A stretch of DNA of 64,000 bases from an uncultured Chloroflexia bacterium (GTDB lineage Bacteria > Chloroflexota > Anaerolineae > CG2-30-64-16). Position numbers and translations under genes: made by a program. Below, in pieces: positions 10,694 through 21,590 of the stretch. The notes below the pieces were generated by a model that saw nothing but the letters and a program-made list of their open reading frames with translations, did no database searches and had not been told where the DNA came from. Where the stretch lies: positions 1 to 64,000 of the forward strand of contig CAVZDU010000008.1 of NCBI GenBank assembly GCA_963774265.1. The letters are read 5' to 3'. The first letter of the stretch is position 1. Each line of letters opens with the position of its first letter.

Positions 10694-12018
10694 CTGCACA
10701 AGCCGCCCGCCGCAGGACGGACAGGAGTCCCTCACTGTGGCCTACCATTCGGTCTACGATAACGAGCATGGACTACCAGCTCATCGCGATCGTAGTCACC
10801 CTTCTACTGCTCGGGCTATTCATGGTATTCAGTGCTAGCTTCGCAACCCAGGGCACGCAGTTCTTCACTGCGCAACTCAAATGGGTTGTGCTGGGCCTCG
10901 CTTTGTGCACGATCGTTGCCTTCGTCCCCTACGAAGTCTGGCGCATGCTGGCTATCCCGGTGATGGTTGTCACCATTGCCGCACTTATTGCGGTCTTGAT
11001 CTGGGGCGAACGGGGACCATTTGGCGGCGTACGCACGTTCACCGGCGCTCGTTTCCAGCCGAGTGAACTCGCCAAACTGGGCGTTGCAATCTATGTGTCC
11101 GCCTGGGTGGCGGCGCGTGGACAGCGCGTCGCCAACTTCAAGGAGGGTTTCTTTCCGTTCGCAGTGATCATCGGTCTGGTCGCCGGATTGATCGTACTCG
11201 AACAAAGCATGAGTATGACCCTGATTGTCCTGGCCATCGGCCTCGCCATCTATTTCGTCGGCGGTGGGGTCTTGAAGCAACTCCTGACCCTGGCTGCGGT
11301 TGGCGTTCCGGTTCTCCTGTTCGCAATGTGGCAGTTCGGGTACCCCATGAGCCGCGTGAAGGACTGGTACAACGTTTGGTTCAACCCCAGTCAGGCGCCC
11401 CAAGATCTGCTCAAGCTCACCTTGTTGCTACAAGAGGGGGGCGGCATCGGCGTCGATCCCGCGACTTGGCAATTGAAGGCCTCGGTCTTTGGGTTGTGGA
11501 GCGACTTCCTGTTTGCAAACATCGGTGGCGATTTCAGAATCTTCGGAATGCTGGCCGTAGTGGCCCTGTACTGTTGGTTCGGCTATCGTGCTGTGGGCAT
11601 CTCCTTAAATGCACCGACGCGCTTCGGTGCACTGTTGGGTGTGGGGCTGACCACCTGGATCCTGGTGCAAGCTGGTATTCACATTGCATCTTCACTTACA
11701 ATCGTTCCCGCAACAGGTCAACCATTGCCGTTCATGTCATATGGAGGCTCGTCACTCGTGTCATGCATGGTTGCCGTGGGTTTGCTGCTGAGCATCTCGC
11801 GCTCGGCCAGGGAGAAGAAGGCGCCGCATGCGTATTTTGCTTTCGGGTGGGGGGACCGGTGGCCACGTCTATCCCGTCCTGGCGGTCGTCGCCGCACTCC
11901 GGGCACGGGTCGGCCGACCGCTGAGCGATCGGCGCCCGGACACAACCAATCCGTCCGCCGACCTAATCGCCGCCCGGTCAACGACAAGATCCGACGACGC
12001 TCCGATCCCCCGCGTTGA
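10690..12018 (+). CDS. ftsW: SEDS peptidoglycan glycosyltransferase FtsW (divergent)
   Basis: MVFSAS, FQPSELAK, PATGQPLPFMSYGGSSL; multi-pass membrane protein between murD and murG. Confidence 0.88.
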   Translation: MTAQAARRRTDRSPSLWPTIRSTITSMDYQLIAIVVTLLLLGLFMVFSASFATQGTQFFTAQLKWVVLGLALCTIVAFVPYEVWRMLAIPVMVVTIAALIAVLIWGERGPFGGVRTFTGARFQPSELAKLGVAIYVSAWVAARGQRVANFKEGFFPFAVIIGLVAGLIVLEQSMSMTLIVLAIGLAIYFVGGGVLKQLLTLAAVGVPVLLFAMWQFGYPMSRVKDWYNVWFNPSQAPQDLLKLTLLLQEGGGIGVDPATWQLKASVFGLWSDFLFANIGGDFRIFGMLAVVALYCWFGYRAVGISLNAPTRFGALLGVGLTTWILVQAGIHIASSLTIVPATGQPLPFMSYGGSSLVSCMVAVGLLLSISRSAREKKAPHAYFAFGWGDRWPRLSRPGGRRRTPGTGRPTAERSAPGHNQSVRRPNRRPVNDKIRRRSDPPR

Positions 12019-13051
12019 GGCCGGCCTGTCATCCTCGGTAGAGTTCCGATACGTCGGAGAGGCCGGGGGGATCGAACAGACGTTGGCTGACCGGGAAGAC
12101 ATTCCGTTTGTGGCCATTTCGACCGGCCAGATTCGGGGGCGGGCTTCGTGGGTGATGGTTCGCAATCTGGGCCGCATGCGCCGAGGGGCGCAAGAGTGTG
12201 GCGCTCTGATACGTGCATGGCGTCCTGACGCCGTGTTCATGACAGGCGGTTATGTCGCCGCGCCGGTTGCGTGGGCCGCCTACAGGGCCAGGCCACGCGT
12301 CCCGTTGCTGATCTACCTGCCCGACCTGACCCCGGGTCAGGCTATTCAAGTGACAAGCCGGCTGGCCCAGAAAGTCGCCGTATCCTTTCCTGAGGTCGCA
12401 CATTGCTTCGGCCATAAGGCCGTTGTCACCGGGTATCCGGTGCGTGCTGATCTGTTTAGGATTCAGAAACATGAATCCTGGCAGGCTCTAGGGCTCAGCG
12501 CGGATTTGCCTGTGCTGCTGGTCTTTGGCGGCAGCCGCGGTGCGCGGAGCATCAATCAGGCGATCATCGACGCGCTGCCGGAATTGCTGCAGCGGTGCCA
12601 GATTCTGCACGTCTCGGGTCAAACAGACTGGCGGGCCGTTCAGGAAGCCGTTACGGATGAACGGCTGACGACGGAGTTGCGGGCGCGCTATCACCCGCAC
12701 CCGTATCTGCACGATATGGTTCAGGCGCTCGTTGCGGCAGACCTGGTCGTCGCCCACGCGGGCGCGGCGACGTTGGGGGAATTTCCCGCGGCGCGATTGC
12801 CTGCCGTTCTTGTGCCCTACCCCTATGCGGGCCAGCACCAGGATGCCAACGCCGCATACCTGACCAGTCGGGGGGCGGCAATTGTGATCCCGGATGGCGA
12901 GGTGCGGCGCCAACTGAAGGAGACGGTTCTCGGTCTGCTCGACCGGCCCGAGCGCTTGCAAAACATGTCTGCGGCAGCCGCGGCACTGGCTCAACCGGCC
13001 GCGGCAGATAACATCGCAGCCGAGCTGCTACGAATGACAGGTGCGGAGTAA
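11828..13051 (+). CDS. murG: undecaprenyl-PP-MurNAc-pentapeptide GlcNAc transferase
   Basis: GGGTGGHVYP, GGYVAAP, TGYPVR, GGSRGA, HQDANA. Confidence 0.95.
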   Translation: MRILLSGGGTGGHVYPVLAVVAALRARVGRPLSDRRPDTTNPSADLIAARSTTRSDDAPIPRVEAGLSSSVEFRYVGEAGGIEQTLADREDIPFVAISTGQIRGRASWVMVRNLGRMRRGAQECGALIRAWRPDAVFMTGGYVAAPVAWAAYRARPRVPLLIYLPDLTPGQAIQVTSRLAQKVAVSFPEVAHCFGHKAVVTGYPVRADLFRIQKHESWQALGLSADLPVLLVFGGSRGARSINQAIIDALPELLQRCQILHVSGQTDWRAVQEAVTDERLTTELRARYHPHPYLHDMVQALVAADLVVAHAGAATLGEFPAARLPAVLVPYPYAGQHQDANAAYLTSRGAAIVIPDGEVRRQLKETVLGLLDRPERLQNMSAAAAALAQPAAADNIAAELLRMTGAE

Positions 13052-13053
13052 AA

Positions 13054-13722
13054 ATGACTTGGCTTTTCGTGCTCGCTGCCTTCATGGCAATATTTGGGGT
13101 GCTGGGTTATCTGCGCGGCTGGCGTGCGGCTTTGTTCTTCCTGATCATGACCTTCCTCGCCGTTGCTATCACGGGACGCCTTGGTGACGTCATCATCCGC
13201 TACATTAATGCCTTCGGCAAAGGATTTCGGTTCCTGCTCTCCGGCGGAATGAGCGCGTTGACGGGCGAAGGCAGCGCCGACGCAGCCTTAAAGTCATTGC
13301 GCGACGCGCCTGCCTTGGTCGAAAAAGCCAACGAGCCATTGGTGCTCGGCCTGCTCTTTGTGATAGTGGTCTTGCTCGCTGTACTACTGAGCGGCATGTC
13401 CTGGTTTAAAGGCGTCCGATCGTTGTTCGGTCTGTTTGAGGGTCTCGTGGCGGGTTACACTGTCGCCTCAATCATTATGCGCGCAATAGCACCCGAGTAT
13501 GCCGCGCTCGCACCTTTACCATTTGGCTTTGTGGCTCCCGCAGCTCTGGGCCCTGTGATGGTTCAACCCGGCGCCGGCGGAACCTCGCTGTCCACACGCG
13601 TGCTCGGCTTTTTGACGAGTCTTGCGGACCGCGGTCTGATCGCCACATTCCTCGCCATCGTAATCGCGGTCTTCCTACTCCTGGCGGTGCGAACAGGTGG
13701 TCACGGCGAGAAGAAGGGATAA
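13054..13722 (+). CDS. multi-pass membrane protein, weakly CvpA-like
   Basis: Hydrophobic; G(Y/L)xRG near the N-terminus and GLFEGLVAGY, shared with the next ORF. Confidence 0.65.
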   Translation: MTWLFVLAAFMAIFGVLGYLRGWRAALFFLIMTFLAVAITGRLGDVIIRYINAFGKGFRFLLSGGMSALTGEGSADAALKSLRDAPALVEKANEPLVLGLLFVIVVLLAVLLSGMSWFKGVRSLFGLFEGLVAGYTVASIIMRAIAPEYAALAPLPFGFVAPAALGPVMVQPGAGGTSLSTRVLGFLTSLADRGLIATFLAIVIAVFLLLAVRTGGHGEKKG

Positions 13723-13727
13723 AGTAC

Positions 13728-14240
13728 GTGGGACCTATTGAGATTACTTTTTTAGTTTTGTTGATCGTCTTTGCGATAGTCGGCCTGGTGCGGGGCTACT
13801 CTCACGAGCTTGGCGTGACTACGATGTTGCTTATTGCCCTGTTCGCACTGGAGTTTCTGAACGAGAAGTATCAGGGAACCCTCAATCGGCTGCTGGGCAT
13901 GGTGTCCGGTCAAGAGGATATCGACCCAGTTCGCAGTTGGATATTCGTGGCAGTATTACTGGTCATCACCTTCATCTCGTATCAAGGTAATACGCTCTCA
14001 TTTCCGGGCAGGGGCGGCCGGCCGTTCTTCGATCTTGGAACCGGCCTGCTGAACGGTTACCTGGCGGCAGGAAGCATATGGTATTATCTGCATCAAGCTG
14101 GGTGGCCAGGGCTACCGATCGGCGAGCCGTACACGACATTCTATCAGACCGTTGTGCGATTACTGCCGCCCGCAGTGTTCAGCTGGCCCTACTTCATCGG
14201 CCTGGCTGTCATCCTACTGATAGCAAGAGTCTGGAAATGA
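13728..14240 (+). CDS. CvpA (colicin V production)-family membrane protein
   Basis: IVGLVRGYSHEL and GTGLLNGYL motifs; 4-5 TM segments. Confidence 0.65.
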   Translation: MGPIEITFLVLLIVFAIVGLVRGYSHELGVTTMLLIALFALEFLNEKYQGTLNRLLGMVSGQEDIDPVRSWIFVAVLLVITFISYQGNTLSFPGRGGRPFFDLGTGLLNGYLAAGSIWYYLHQAGWPGLPIGEPYTTFYQTVVRLLPPAVFSWPYFIGLAVILLIARVWK

Positions 14241-15744
14241 GCGATCTTCCAAACAGCCCGGTAGACTCCCAATGGCACCGCACTCCGATGCGTGATGAGC
14301 CCGCCTGGGCTGCATTGTTGCGCGGCCCAGTGGTCGCCGGTCAGCCCGGGCATATTCACCTGGTGGGTATAGGCGGCACGGGGCTATCCGCCATCGCCGG
14401 CTTTCTATTGGAGCGCGGCTTCGAAGTATCTGGTTCGGATCAGCGCCCAAATGAGGCGACCGATGCGCTGGCAGTCAGGGGCGTGGTAATTCACCGCGGT
14501 CATCGGGCGGAGAACGTAGCTGGCGCCGATATCGTCTTGATCTCTTCTGCGGTCCATGAAAGCAATCCGGAGGTTGTGGCCGCTGAAGCCGCGGGCATCC
14601 CGATCGTCAAACGCGCCCAGTTACTTGGCCCGCTCATGCACGGCCAACATGGTATTGGCGTTGCGGGCACGCACGGTAAGACGACAACCACAAGCATGAT
14701 TGCGATCATCCTTCTGCGTTCTGGCCTCGATCCCAGCATCATCGTTGGGGGCCGCCTGTCGCTTGGCCCAGCGGAGGGCATGCAAGCCTTCTCCAACATC
14801 TCGTCGCGCGCGGGCAAGGGCCCATTCGTCATTGAAGCCGACGAGTACGACGGGATGTTCCTGGGTTTGGAGCTTGAAGTCGGCGTCGTGACCAATGTTG
14901 AATGGGATCACGTGGATTGCTACCCGACGCCCGCTGCATTCAGCGAAGCATTTCGGAAATTCGTCGGTCAGATCCCGGCGGCGGGAATGCTCGTCGCCTG
15001 TGCTGATGATGCAGGCGCACTCGCCCTGACCTCGGCTCTTGCCCCGGGCGTACGAGTGGAGACCTACGGACTGGCCGAGGACGCCGACTGGCAGGCACGG
15101 GCCTTATCTTCCAATGCACAGGGCGGGTTCGATGCTGAAGTGTGGCGCGGTGGCGAACACGTAGCGGATTTGTCGCTGCCAGTTCCTGGACGCCACAACG
15201 TGCGAAACGCGCTGGCCGCATTGGCGGTTGCGAATTGGCATCAAATCAAGCCGCGCCTGGCTGCCAAGATGCTCCACGATTTCCACGGAGCAGGCCGGCG
15301 CTTCGAGTTCATTGGTGAGGTCGGTGGCGTCATCGTGATCGACGACTACGCTCATCACCCGACCGAAGTGGCTGCAACGCTGTCAGCGGCCCGGCTGCGA
15401 TATCCCACTCGACGCATTTGGGCGGTGTTCCAGCCGCACACCTACAGCCGCACTCAGGCGCTACTGTATGATTATGCCCACAGCTTCGAAGACGCGGACC
15501 GCGTGCTATTGCTCGACATCTACGCGCGCGCGAGAAGATCGACTTGGGTATGCACAGCACGCGGCTGCTCGAAGCAATCCAGCACGAAGGCGCGCGCTAT
15601 GTCGGCGCGATCGAGCCGGCGGTCGAGTTTCTTCTACAATCTGTGATGCCTGACGATGTCGTCATCACGATGAGCGCGGGCGACGGTAACCTGGTTGGCA
15701 CAATGCTGCTGGCCGGGCTACGTCAGCGTGAGGCCCTGGTGTAG
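14237..15744 (+). CDS. murC: UDP-N-acetylmuramate--L-alanine ligase; apparent frameshift near 15525
   Basis: HLVGIGGTGLS, GTHGKTTTT, EADEYD, DDYAHHPTE, FQPHTYSRT; the C-terminus MSAGD is in the next frame. Confidence 0.92.
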
Positions 15745-15754
15745 ACGAGCTACC

Positions 15755-16732
15755 ATGAACTTTGATGAAGCCGTCCGCCGCTTAGGCGTCCAACTCCTCA
15801 GGGCCGAGCCTCTGGCGAAGCACACGACGTTTCGCATCGGCGGCCCAGCCGAGTGGTTCACCGCCACAACGACGGTGGAGCAATTGGAAGCACTGGCTGA
15901 AGTGGCCCTGGAGCACAGTGTGCCGCTGACGGTACTGGGTGGCGGCAGCAATCTACTGATCAGTGATGCGGGCATCCGGGGCCTGGTCGTTGCTAATCAA
16001 ACTCGTTGGCACGGCTGGGGGGCTCAGGTCCGTGGGCAATGGCGGCATCCCGCGCTGCGTGACGAGCAGTGGGTTGCCGAGTCAGGCGTCATGCTGGCGG
16101 GGATGGCACGTGCAACCATGCGGAATGGCCTGGCCGGATTGGAGTGGGCGGTCAGTGTGCCGGGAACGGTGGCCGGAGCAGTCATCGGTAACGCGGGCGC
16201 GCACGGGAGTGATACAGCCGCAAATCTGGCCTGGGTCCTCGTGCGCTATGCGGGTTGCGGTCGCACGCTGCTCTCGCGCGACGATCTGCATTATGTTTAT
16301 CGAAGCAGCCGTCTCAGGGAACAACTGCTCGACCCAGGCGAAGAAAGCAAGCCCGTGATACTGACGGCAGGATTCGACCTGACCCAGGGCGACCCAACTG
16401 AGCTAATCCGCCGTGCGGACGAGAACCTGGCCCGACGGCGGGCAACCCAACCTGTGGAGCCGAGCGCCGGCAGCATCTTCCGAAATCCGACCGGCGATTT
16501 TGCTGGACGATTGATTGAATCATTGGGAATGAAGGGGCATCAGATCGGCGGCGCTCAAGTGTCGCCTCGACACGCTAACTTCATTGTGAATACTGGCGGG
16601 GCAACTGCGGCCGATGTGCTGGCGCTGATCGATCTGCTGCGCCAACGGGTATTTGATGCCACGGGGCACCGGTTGGCGCCGGAGATTCTGTTTCTCGGCG
16701 AATGGACAACCCCGCCGTTATCCGCGTTGTAA
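15755..16732 (+). CDS. murB: UDP-N-acetylenolpyruvoylglucosamine reductase
   Basis: [43 protein letters not shown]. Confidence 0.96.
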   Translation: MNFDEAVRRLGVQLLRAEPLAKHTTFRIGGPAEWFTATTTVEQLEALAEVALEHSVPLTVLGGGSNLLISDAGIRGLVVANQTRWHGWGAQVRGQWRHPALRDEQWVAESGVMLAGMARATMRNGLAGLEWAVSVPGTVAGAVIGNAGAHGSDTAANLAWVLVRYAGCGRTLLSRDDLHYVYRSSRLREQLLDPGEESKPVILTAGFDLTQGDPTELIRRADENLARRRATQPVEPSAGSIFRNPTGDFAGRLIESLGMKGHQIGGAQVSPRHANFIVNTGGATAADVLALIDLLRQRVFDATGHRLAPEILFLGEWTTPPLSAL

Positions 16733-16761
16733 GGGGCGGCGGCTAAACTGATGAGCCAAAT

Positions 16762-17874
16762 ATGAAAGACGACGAAAAACGCGTGGCGGTGATCTTCGGC
16801 GGGCAATCGGGCGAACACGACGTATCGCTGGCTTCCGCTCGCTCCGTGATGGGAGTTCTAAGACGGAGGGGATGTCAAATCGTTCCAATTGGCATCACGC
16901 GAAGTGGTCGTTGGCTGCTGCACGGCGATCCTCATGCCATTCTGAGCGACATTACGATGCATCCCGATTCGGCCCATAGCGCCGCGCCCATCGCCGGCCA
17001 TGAGCTTGTGCCGGGTGCAACAGGAGAGGCTTTTCCGCCAATAGATGTGGTCTTCCCCGTGCTGCACGGTCCTTTCGGTGAGGACGGCACGGTGCAGGGG
17101 TTGCTAGAGTTAGCAGGAATCCCCTACGTGGGATGTGGTGTGCTGGCCAGCAGCCTCTCGATGGATAAGATCGCATGCAAGAACGTGCTCACCGCTCATG
17201 GTTTGCCAGTGGTCCCGTCACGGGCGGTCATTCGCACTCTGTGGGAGACAGCGCCCAACCGGGTTATTGCCGATATCGAGACCGTCCTGAGCTATCCTGT
17301 GTTCGTCAAGCCCGCCAATCTCGGTTCCAGCATTGGCATAAGTAAGGCGACAGACCGCGCCGGGTTAGTCGCCGCATTGAACGATGCCGCGCAGTATGAT
17401 CGTCGCATTCTCGTGGAGCAGGCAGTTCATAGCCCACGCGAGATCGAATGCGCAGTGTTGGGGAACGACGATCCCATCGCTTCCGTGCCGGGCGAAGTGC
17501 GGCCGTCCAACGACTTCTACGATTACGCGGCAAAGTACATCGACGGCAAATCAGAATTGCTGATCCCGGCGCCACTGCCGTCTGCCGTTGCGGCACACGT
17601 GCGAGAGCTCGCGGTCGCTGCTTTCCGAGCAGTCGACGGTTCTGGGTTGGCCCACGTTGACTTCTTGCTCTCAGGCAGCACTGGCGAACTGTATATCAGC
17701 GAACTCAACACACTGCCCGGCTTCACGACTATCAGCATGTATCCGAAGCTATGGGAGGCATCGGGTGTTCCCTATGATGAGCTAATCGATCGCCTGATCG
17801 ATTTGGCTTTGGAACGCCACAAGGATCGTTTGCGTTCACAGACGAGTTATCATGGCGGGCAGCTAAAGGTGTAG
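16762..17874 (+). CDS. ddl: D-alanine--D-alanine ligase
   Basis: GGQSGEHDVS, HGPFGEDGTVQG, KPANLGSSIG, FYDYAAKY, ELNTLPGFT. Confidence 0.95.
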   Translation: MKDDEKRVAVIFGGQSGEHDVSLASARSVMGVLRRRGCQIVPIGITRSGRWLLHGDPHAILSDITMHPDSAHSAAPIAGHELVPGATGEAFPPIDVVFPVLHGPFGEDGTVQGLLELAGIPYVGCGVLASSLSMDKIACKNVLTAHGLPVVPSRAVIRTLWETAPNRVIADIETVLSYPVFVKPANLGSSIGISKATDRAGLVAALNDAAQYDRRILVEQAVHSPREIECAVLGNDDPIASVPGEVRPSNDFYDYAAKYIDGKSELLIPAPLPSAVAAHVRELAVAAFRAVDGSGLAHVDFLLSGSTGELYISELNTLPGFTTISMYPKLWEASGVPYDELIDRLIDLALERHKDRLRSQTSYHGGQLKV

Positions 17875-17884
17875 GACGACACAG

Positions 17885-18775
17885 ATGGCGAGGCAGACGA
17901 AAGGCAGCAAGCGTAAGGGTGTCCAGGACGACGTCCCGATGCGCCAGCCTGCCTGGCGACAGGCGCCCACGCAGCCGCGCAAGCGCGCCAAACGCGCCGT
18001 GTTCACCCTGCAGCGGACCCGCGACAAGCAAGGGCTGCGGGGGCGGTTGCCAACGCCAACACTCATCATGCCCCCGCGCGAGGCGCTGCTCAATTGGATG
18101 CGCACTGCATTGCTTCTGCTAGCCGCGGCAGGGGTGGCGTTCGGGCTACTCTATCTATTGAAGTGGCCGCTGCTCGCGGTGTCGCCGGCGTCTACTCAAA
18201 TTGGTGGCGCGCACCGGATTGCGCCCGCAATTATCTACGAACACAGCAAGGTGGCCGGTCGCAACATCCTGGTCCTTGAAGCCAGCGATGTCGTGTCTCA
18301 AGTTAAGAGCCTACCGGGCATTGCGAGCGCCGGTGTGCACTTGCGGCTACCCAATCAGGTGATCATTGATGTCGTGGAGCATGCACCGCTGGTTGCGTGG
18401 CAAGGTGTAACGACGACCGTGTGGCTGGCAGCCGATGGTTCTCAAGTACCCCAGGCAGGAGGCGTGCCGCCGCTTCGCCTGGTCGATGTATCTGAAGGCC
18501 GTCTGGAGGGTGACGCTCCGCTGAAGTCTCTGGTGCTGGAGAATCTCGCGGCATTACATGTGCTGCGTCCCGATTTGTCGGAGTTTTACTATGGTCGAGC
18601 GCAAGGCTTGTACTATCGTGCTACGCAGGGTTGGGATGTCTGGTTGGGCGAAACCGGACCTCTGGACAGCAAACTGACGCTCGTGGATGCCGCGGGACAA
18701 GATCTGATGCGGCAAGGCCGCCAGGCAAAGGTGATTGATGTCCGCCACAGCGATCATGAGGTCATGTGGTGGTAG
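17885..18775 (+). CDS. ftsQ: cell division protein FtsQ/DivIB
   Basis: Basic N-terminal tail, one TM, POTRA-like segment (LPNQVIIDVVEH), C-terminal IDVR; lies between ddl and ftsA. Confidence 0.82.
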   Translation: MARQTKGSKRKGVQDDVPMRQPAWRQAPTQPRKRAKRAVFTLQRTRDKQGLRGRLPTPTLIMPPREALLNWMRTALLLLAAAGVAFGLLYLLKWPLLAVSPASTQIGGAHRIAPAIIYEHSKVAGRNILVLEASDVVSQVKSLPGIASAGVHLRLPNQVIIDVVEHAPLVAWQGVTTTVWLAADGSQVPQAGGVPPLRLVDVSEGRLEGDAPLKSLVLENLAALHVLRPDLSEFYYGRAQGLYYRATQGWDVWLGETGPLDSKLTLVDAAGQDLMRQGRQAKVIDVRHSDHEVMWW

Positions 18776-18827
18776 TGATAGATGACACTGTGATTATTGC
18801 AACGAGGAAGCTTGCCGGGGAGACGCC

Positions 18828-20084
18828 ATGGTGACAGGTGCAACAGGGGGACATGAGAGCGAGTTATTTTGCGCATTGGACGTCGGCACGTCTAAGGTGT
18901 GCACGCTCATAGCCCAGGTCGATGACAAGGGCCAGTTGACGATAGTGGGAGCGGGCCGCGTTCCTTCGCAAGGGCTGCGCAAGGGCGTTGTCGTGAACAC
19001 CAGTGAGGCGACGGCCTGCATTGGCAAGGCGATTGATGAGGCGGAACGAACGTCCTCGCTTACGATGGAATCAGCCTACGTCAGCATCTCCGGCGCTCAT
19101 ATCAGCGCGATCGGCAGCAAAGGCGTCGTCGATCTTGGCAAGAACGGCCGTCGAGTGGTTGCCGAGGATTGCCAAAGGGCGCTGGATCAAGCCGGGGGCA
19201 TCGCACTGCCCCACAACCGCGAGCTCATTAACGTCATCGCTCGCCAGTACCGATTGGATGACAAAGAAGGCGTGGACAACCCCGTTGGTTCCACCGGCTA
19301 TCGGCTGGAAGTGGAGGCCACCGTCACCACCGGCTCAAGCTCCAACATCCTGAACTTGACAAATTGCGTGCTGGATAATGGTGTACGTATCCAGGACATG
19401 GTCGTCGAACCCTTCGCCTCCGCCGAAGCCGTGCTCAGCGACGACGAGCTGAAGTCCGGTGTCGTACTGGTGGACATCGGTGCAGGCACCATCGACGTGG
19501 CGATTTTTCTGGACAAAGCCCCGTGGCAGACACACAGCCTGGAAGTCGGAGGCGATTATCTGGTGCGCGATGTTTCTGCGGTGCTGCGAATGTCACATGA
19601 CAGCGCTGAGGCGCTCATCCGACAGTTCGGTCATGCCCTACCAGAGCGAGTAGCCGTCGACGCAGAGGTGCGCGCCGGTGCATTTGGCCAGGAGGGCCAA
19701 CAAGTGGTCCGTAGGCGTGTTCTCTCCGAAATCATCAACGCGCGGGCGGAGGAGTTCACGGACCTCATACTTTCGGAGGTAAAGCGCAGCGGCTACGATG
19801 GACTGACCCCCGCTGGCATTGTGCTGACCGGAGGCGTCGCCCAACTGCAGGGCCTGGGCGAGCTGAGCGCCACTCGAATGCGCTGGCCAGTCCGTATTGG
19901 GCAGCCGAATGGCGCTATGCAATCGACGTTCGATCTGAGCAGTCCTGAATATGCTGCAGCCGTCGGCCTGCTCTTGTGGGGCCTCCGTCGGGGCACAAAG
20001 CCCCGTAATCTGGAGCCAACGAGATCCAGCACGGGGAAACGTGTGTTAGAATATCTGAAGGGCTTCTTGCCCCTCCCATCGTGA
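18828..20084 (+). CDS. ftsA: cell division protein FtsA
   Basis: [32 protein letters not shown]; amphipathic C-terminal helix. Confidence 0.96.
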   Translation: MVTGATGGHESELFCALDVGTSKVCTLIAQVDDKGQLTIVGAGRVPSQGLRKGVVVNTSEATACIGKAIDEAERTSSLTMESAYVSISGAHISAIGSKGVVDLGKNGRRVVAEDCQRALDQAGGIALPHNRELINVIARQYRLDDKEGVDNPVGSTGYRLEVEATVTTGSSSNILNLTNCVLDNGVRIQDMVVEPFASAEAVLSDDELKSGVVLVDIGAGTIDVAIFLDKAPWQTHSLEVGGDYLVRDVSAVLRMSHDSAEALIRQFGHALPERVAVDAEVRAGAFGQEGQQVVRRRVLSEIINARAEEFTDLILSEVKRSGYDGLTPAGIVLTGGVAQLQGLGELSATRMRWPVRIGQPNGAMQSTFDLSSPEYAAAVGLLLWGLRRGTKPRNLEPTRSSTGKRVLEYLKGFLPLPS

Positions 20085-20152
20085 CTACATCGCTGGGCAA
20101 GGCGGATGCCAGCCAGGCGTCAGAGACAATTCTTGAGCAGAAGGAGCGCTAC

Positions 20153-21238
20153 ATGAACAGCAAGGGTCCACAGCAACCGGCATTCCTGGAGAATCCTGCC
20201 CAGATTAAAGTACTGGGCGTAGGTGGCGGCGGCTCTAACGCCGTTAACCGCATGATCGAACAAGGCATCCGTGGTGTTGAGTTCATTGCCATCAACACAG
20301 ATGCCCAGGCGCTCATGCTTGCGAACGCGCCACAGCGGCTGCGTATCGGCGACAAGTTGACCAAAGGCTTGGGCGCCGGTGGGCAGCCCGAGATCGGCGA
20401 GAAGGCCGCCATGGAGTCCTCCGAAGAGATCAAGAGCATTATGAAGGGCACCGACATGATCTTCGTGACTTGCGGCATGGGCGGCGGCACCGGAACGGGT
20501 GCGGCCCCGATCATCGCCAAGGTCGCGAAGGAGTCCGGCGCGTTGACGATCGGCGTGGTCACCAAGCCTTTCAGCTTCGAAGGCGCCCGGCGCAAACGGG
20601 TCGCGGAAGAGGGCATCAAGCGCCTCAAAGAGAGCGTCGACACGCTGATCGTAATCCCTAACGACCGGCTGCTCCAGGTCGTGGATAAAAAGGCGACAAT
20701 TCAGGCCGCGTTCCTCACAGCCGATGATGTCCTGCGCCAGGGCATCCAGGGCATCTCCGAACTGATTACAATCCCTGGCCTCATCAATCTGGATTTCGCC
20801 GATGTCCGCGCGGTCATGAACGAGGGTGGCTCAGCGCTAATGTCCATCGGCACGGCCAGCGGCGACAATCGTGCGCAGAACGCCGCGGAGCAGGCTATTC
20901 ACAGTGCGTTGCTGGACGTGAGCATCGAGGGCGCCCAAGGCATCCTGTTCAACGTCACAGGCGGCTCGGACCTGGCTCTCCATGAGGTCAACCAAGCGGC
21001 CGAGATCATCCAGCGCACAGCCGATCCTGATGCCAACATCATCTTCGGCGCGGTGATCGACCCGAACATGAAGGACGCTATCCGGATCACCGTTATCGCC
21101 ACTGGCTTCGACGCAATCAAAGACCAGAAGGTAACGAGCAGCGAAGAAAACCGGGTGGTTGAGTTCCCGCGGCGCACGTATGATCGCGAGGATTTGGACA
21201 TCCCCGCTTTTCTGCGTCGTGCAGGCCGCAACCAATAG
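20153..21238 (+). CDS. ftsZ: cell division protein FtsZ
   Basis: [41 protein letters not shown]; RBS AAGGAG. Confidence 0.99.
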   Translation: MNSKGPQQPAFLENPAQIKVLGVGGGGSNAVNRMIEQGIRGVEFIAINTDAQALMLANAPQRLRIGDKLTKGLGAGGQPEIGEKAAMESSEEIKSIMKGTDMIFVTCGMGGGTGTGAAPIIAKVAKESGALTIGVVTKPFSFEGARRKRVAEEGIKRLKESVDTLIVIPNDRLLQVVDKKATIQAAFLTADDVLRQGIQGISELITIPGLINLDFADVRAVMNEGGSALMSIGTASGDNRAQNAAEQAIHSALLDVSIEGAQGILFNVTGGSDLALHEVNQAAEIIQRTADPDANIIFGAVIDPNMKDAIRITVIATGFDAIKDQKVTSSEENRVVEFPRRTYDREDLDIPAFLRRAGRNQ

Positions 21239-21382
21239 TCCGAGATGGGCGCCATGGGACGCAGCGCGAGCCCGCACCAGGCTCGCGCTGTCCCAACGCC
21301 TCCTTCGCACATTTACGATTGATAACAGTTCCATAACTTGCAAACTCAACCTTAAAGTTTCGCTCGAACACGCCTCTTTTGC

Positions 21383-21469
21383 TTGCCACGCGGTTCTTCC
21401 TGTGCTATACTCTTTTCCGCCACCACAACATATAGTATGGTGACATAACAAAGACACCAGGGGTTGTGT
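21383..21469 (+). promoter_or_regulatory. nrdR-nrdJ promoter with tandem NrdR boxes
   Basis: TTGCCA-17-TGcTATACT (21383-21411). NrdR-like boxes CCACAACATATAGTAT (21423-21438) and ACACCAGGGGTTGTGT (21454-21469), 31 bp apart. Confidence 0.75.
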
Positions 21470-21509
21470 GGCCCGGCCCAGAAGCATCCAGTCGTGATTG
21501 CTGTATTGA

Positions 21510-21570
21510 GCCACGCCCCGCTGCTCGTAGCTGGCTATGTCAGCCCATCGAGCGGGCGTGGTCTTTTTTT
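21510..21570 (+). terminator. terminator-like hairpin in the nrdR leader
   Basis: GCCACGCCC...GCTCG...CGAGC.GGGCGTGGT followed by CTTTTTTT. Confidence 0.6.
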
Positions 21571-21590
21571 CGCTTGAACAGGAGTCAGGC

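Noticed and set aside
21418-21575. Cobalamin riboswitch upstream of nrdJ
   Set aside because: The conserved GGGAA / GCCACTG B12-box elements are not visible.
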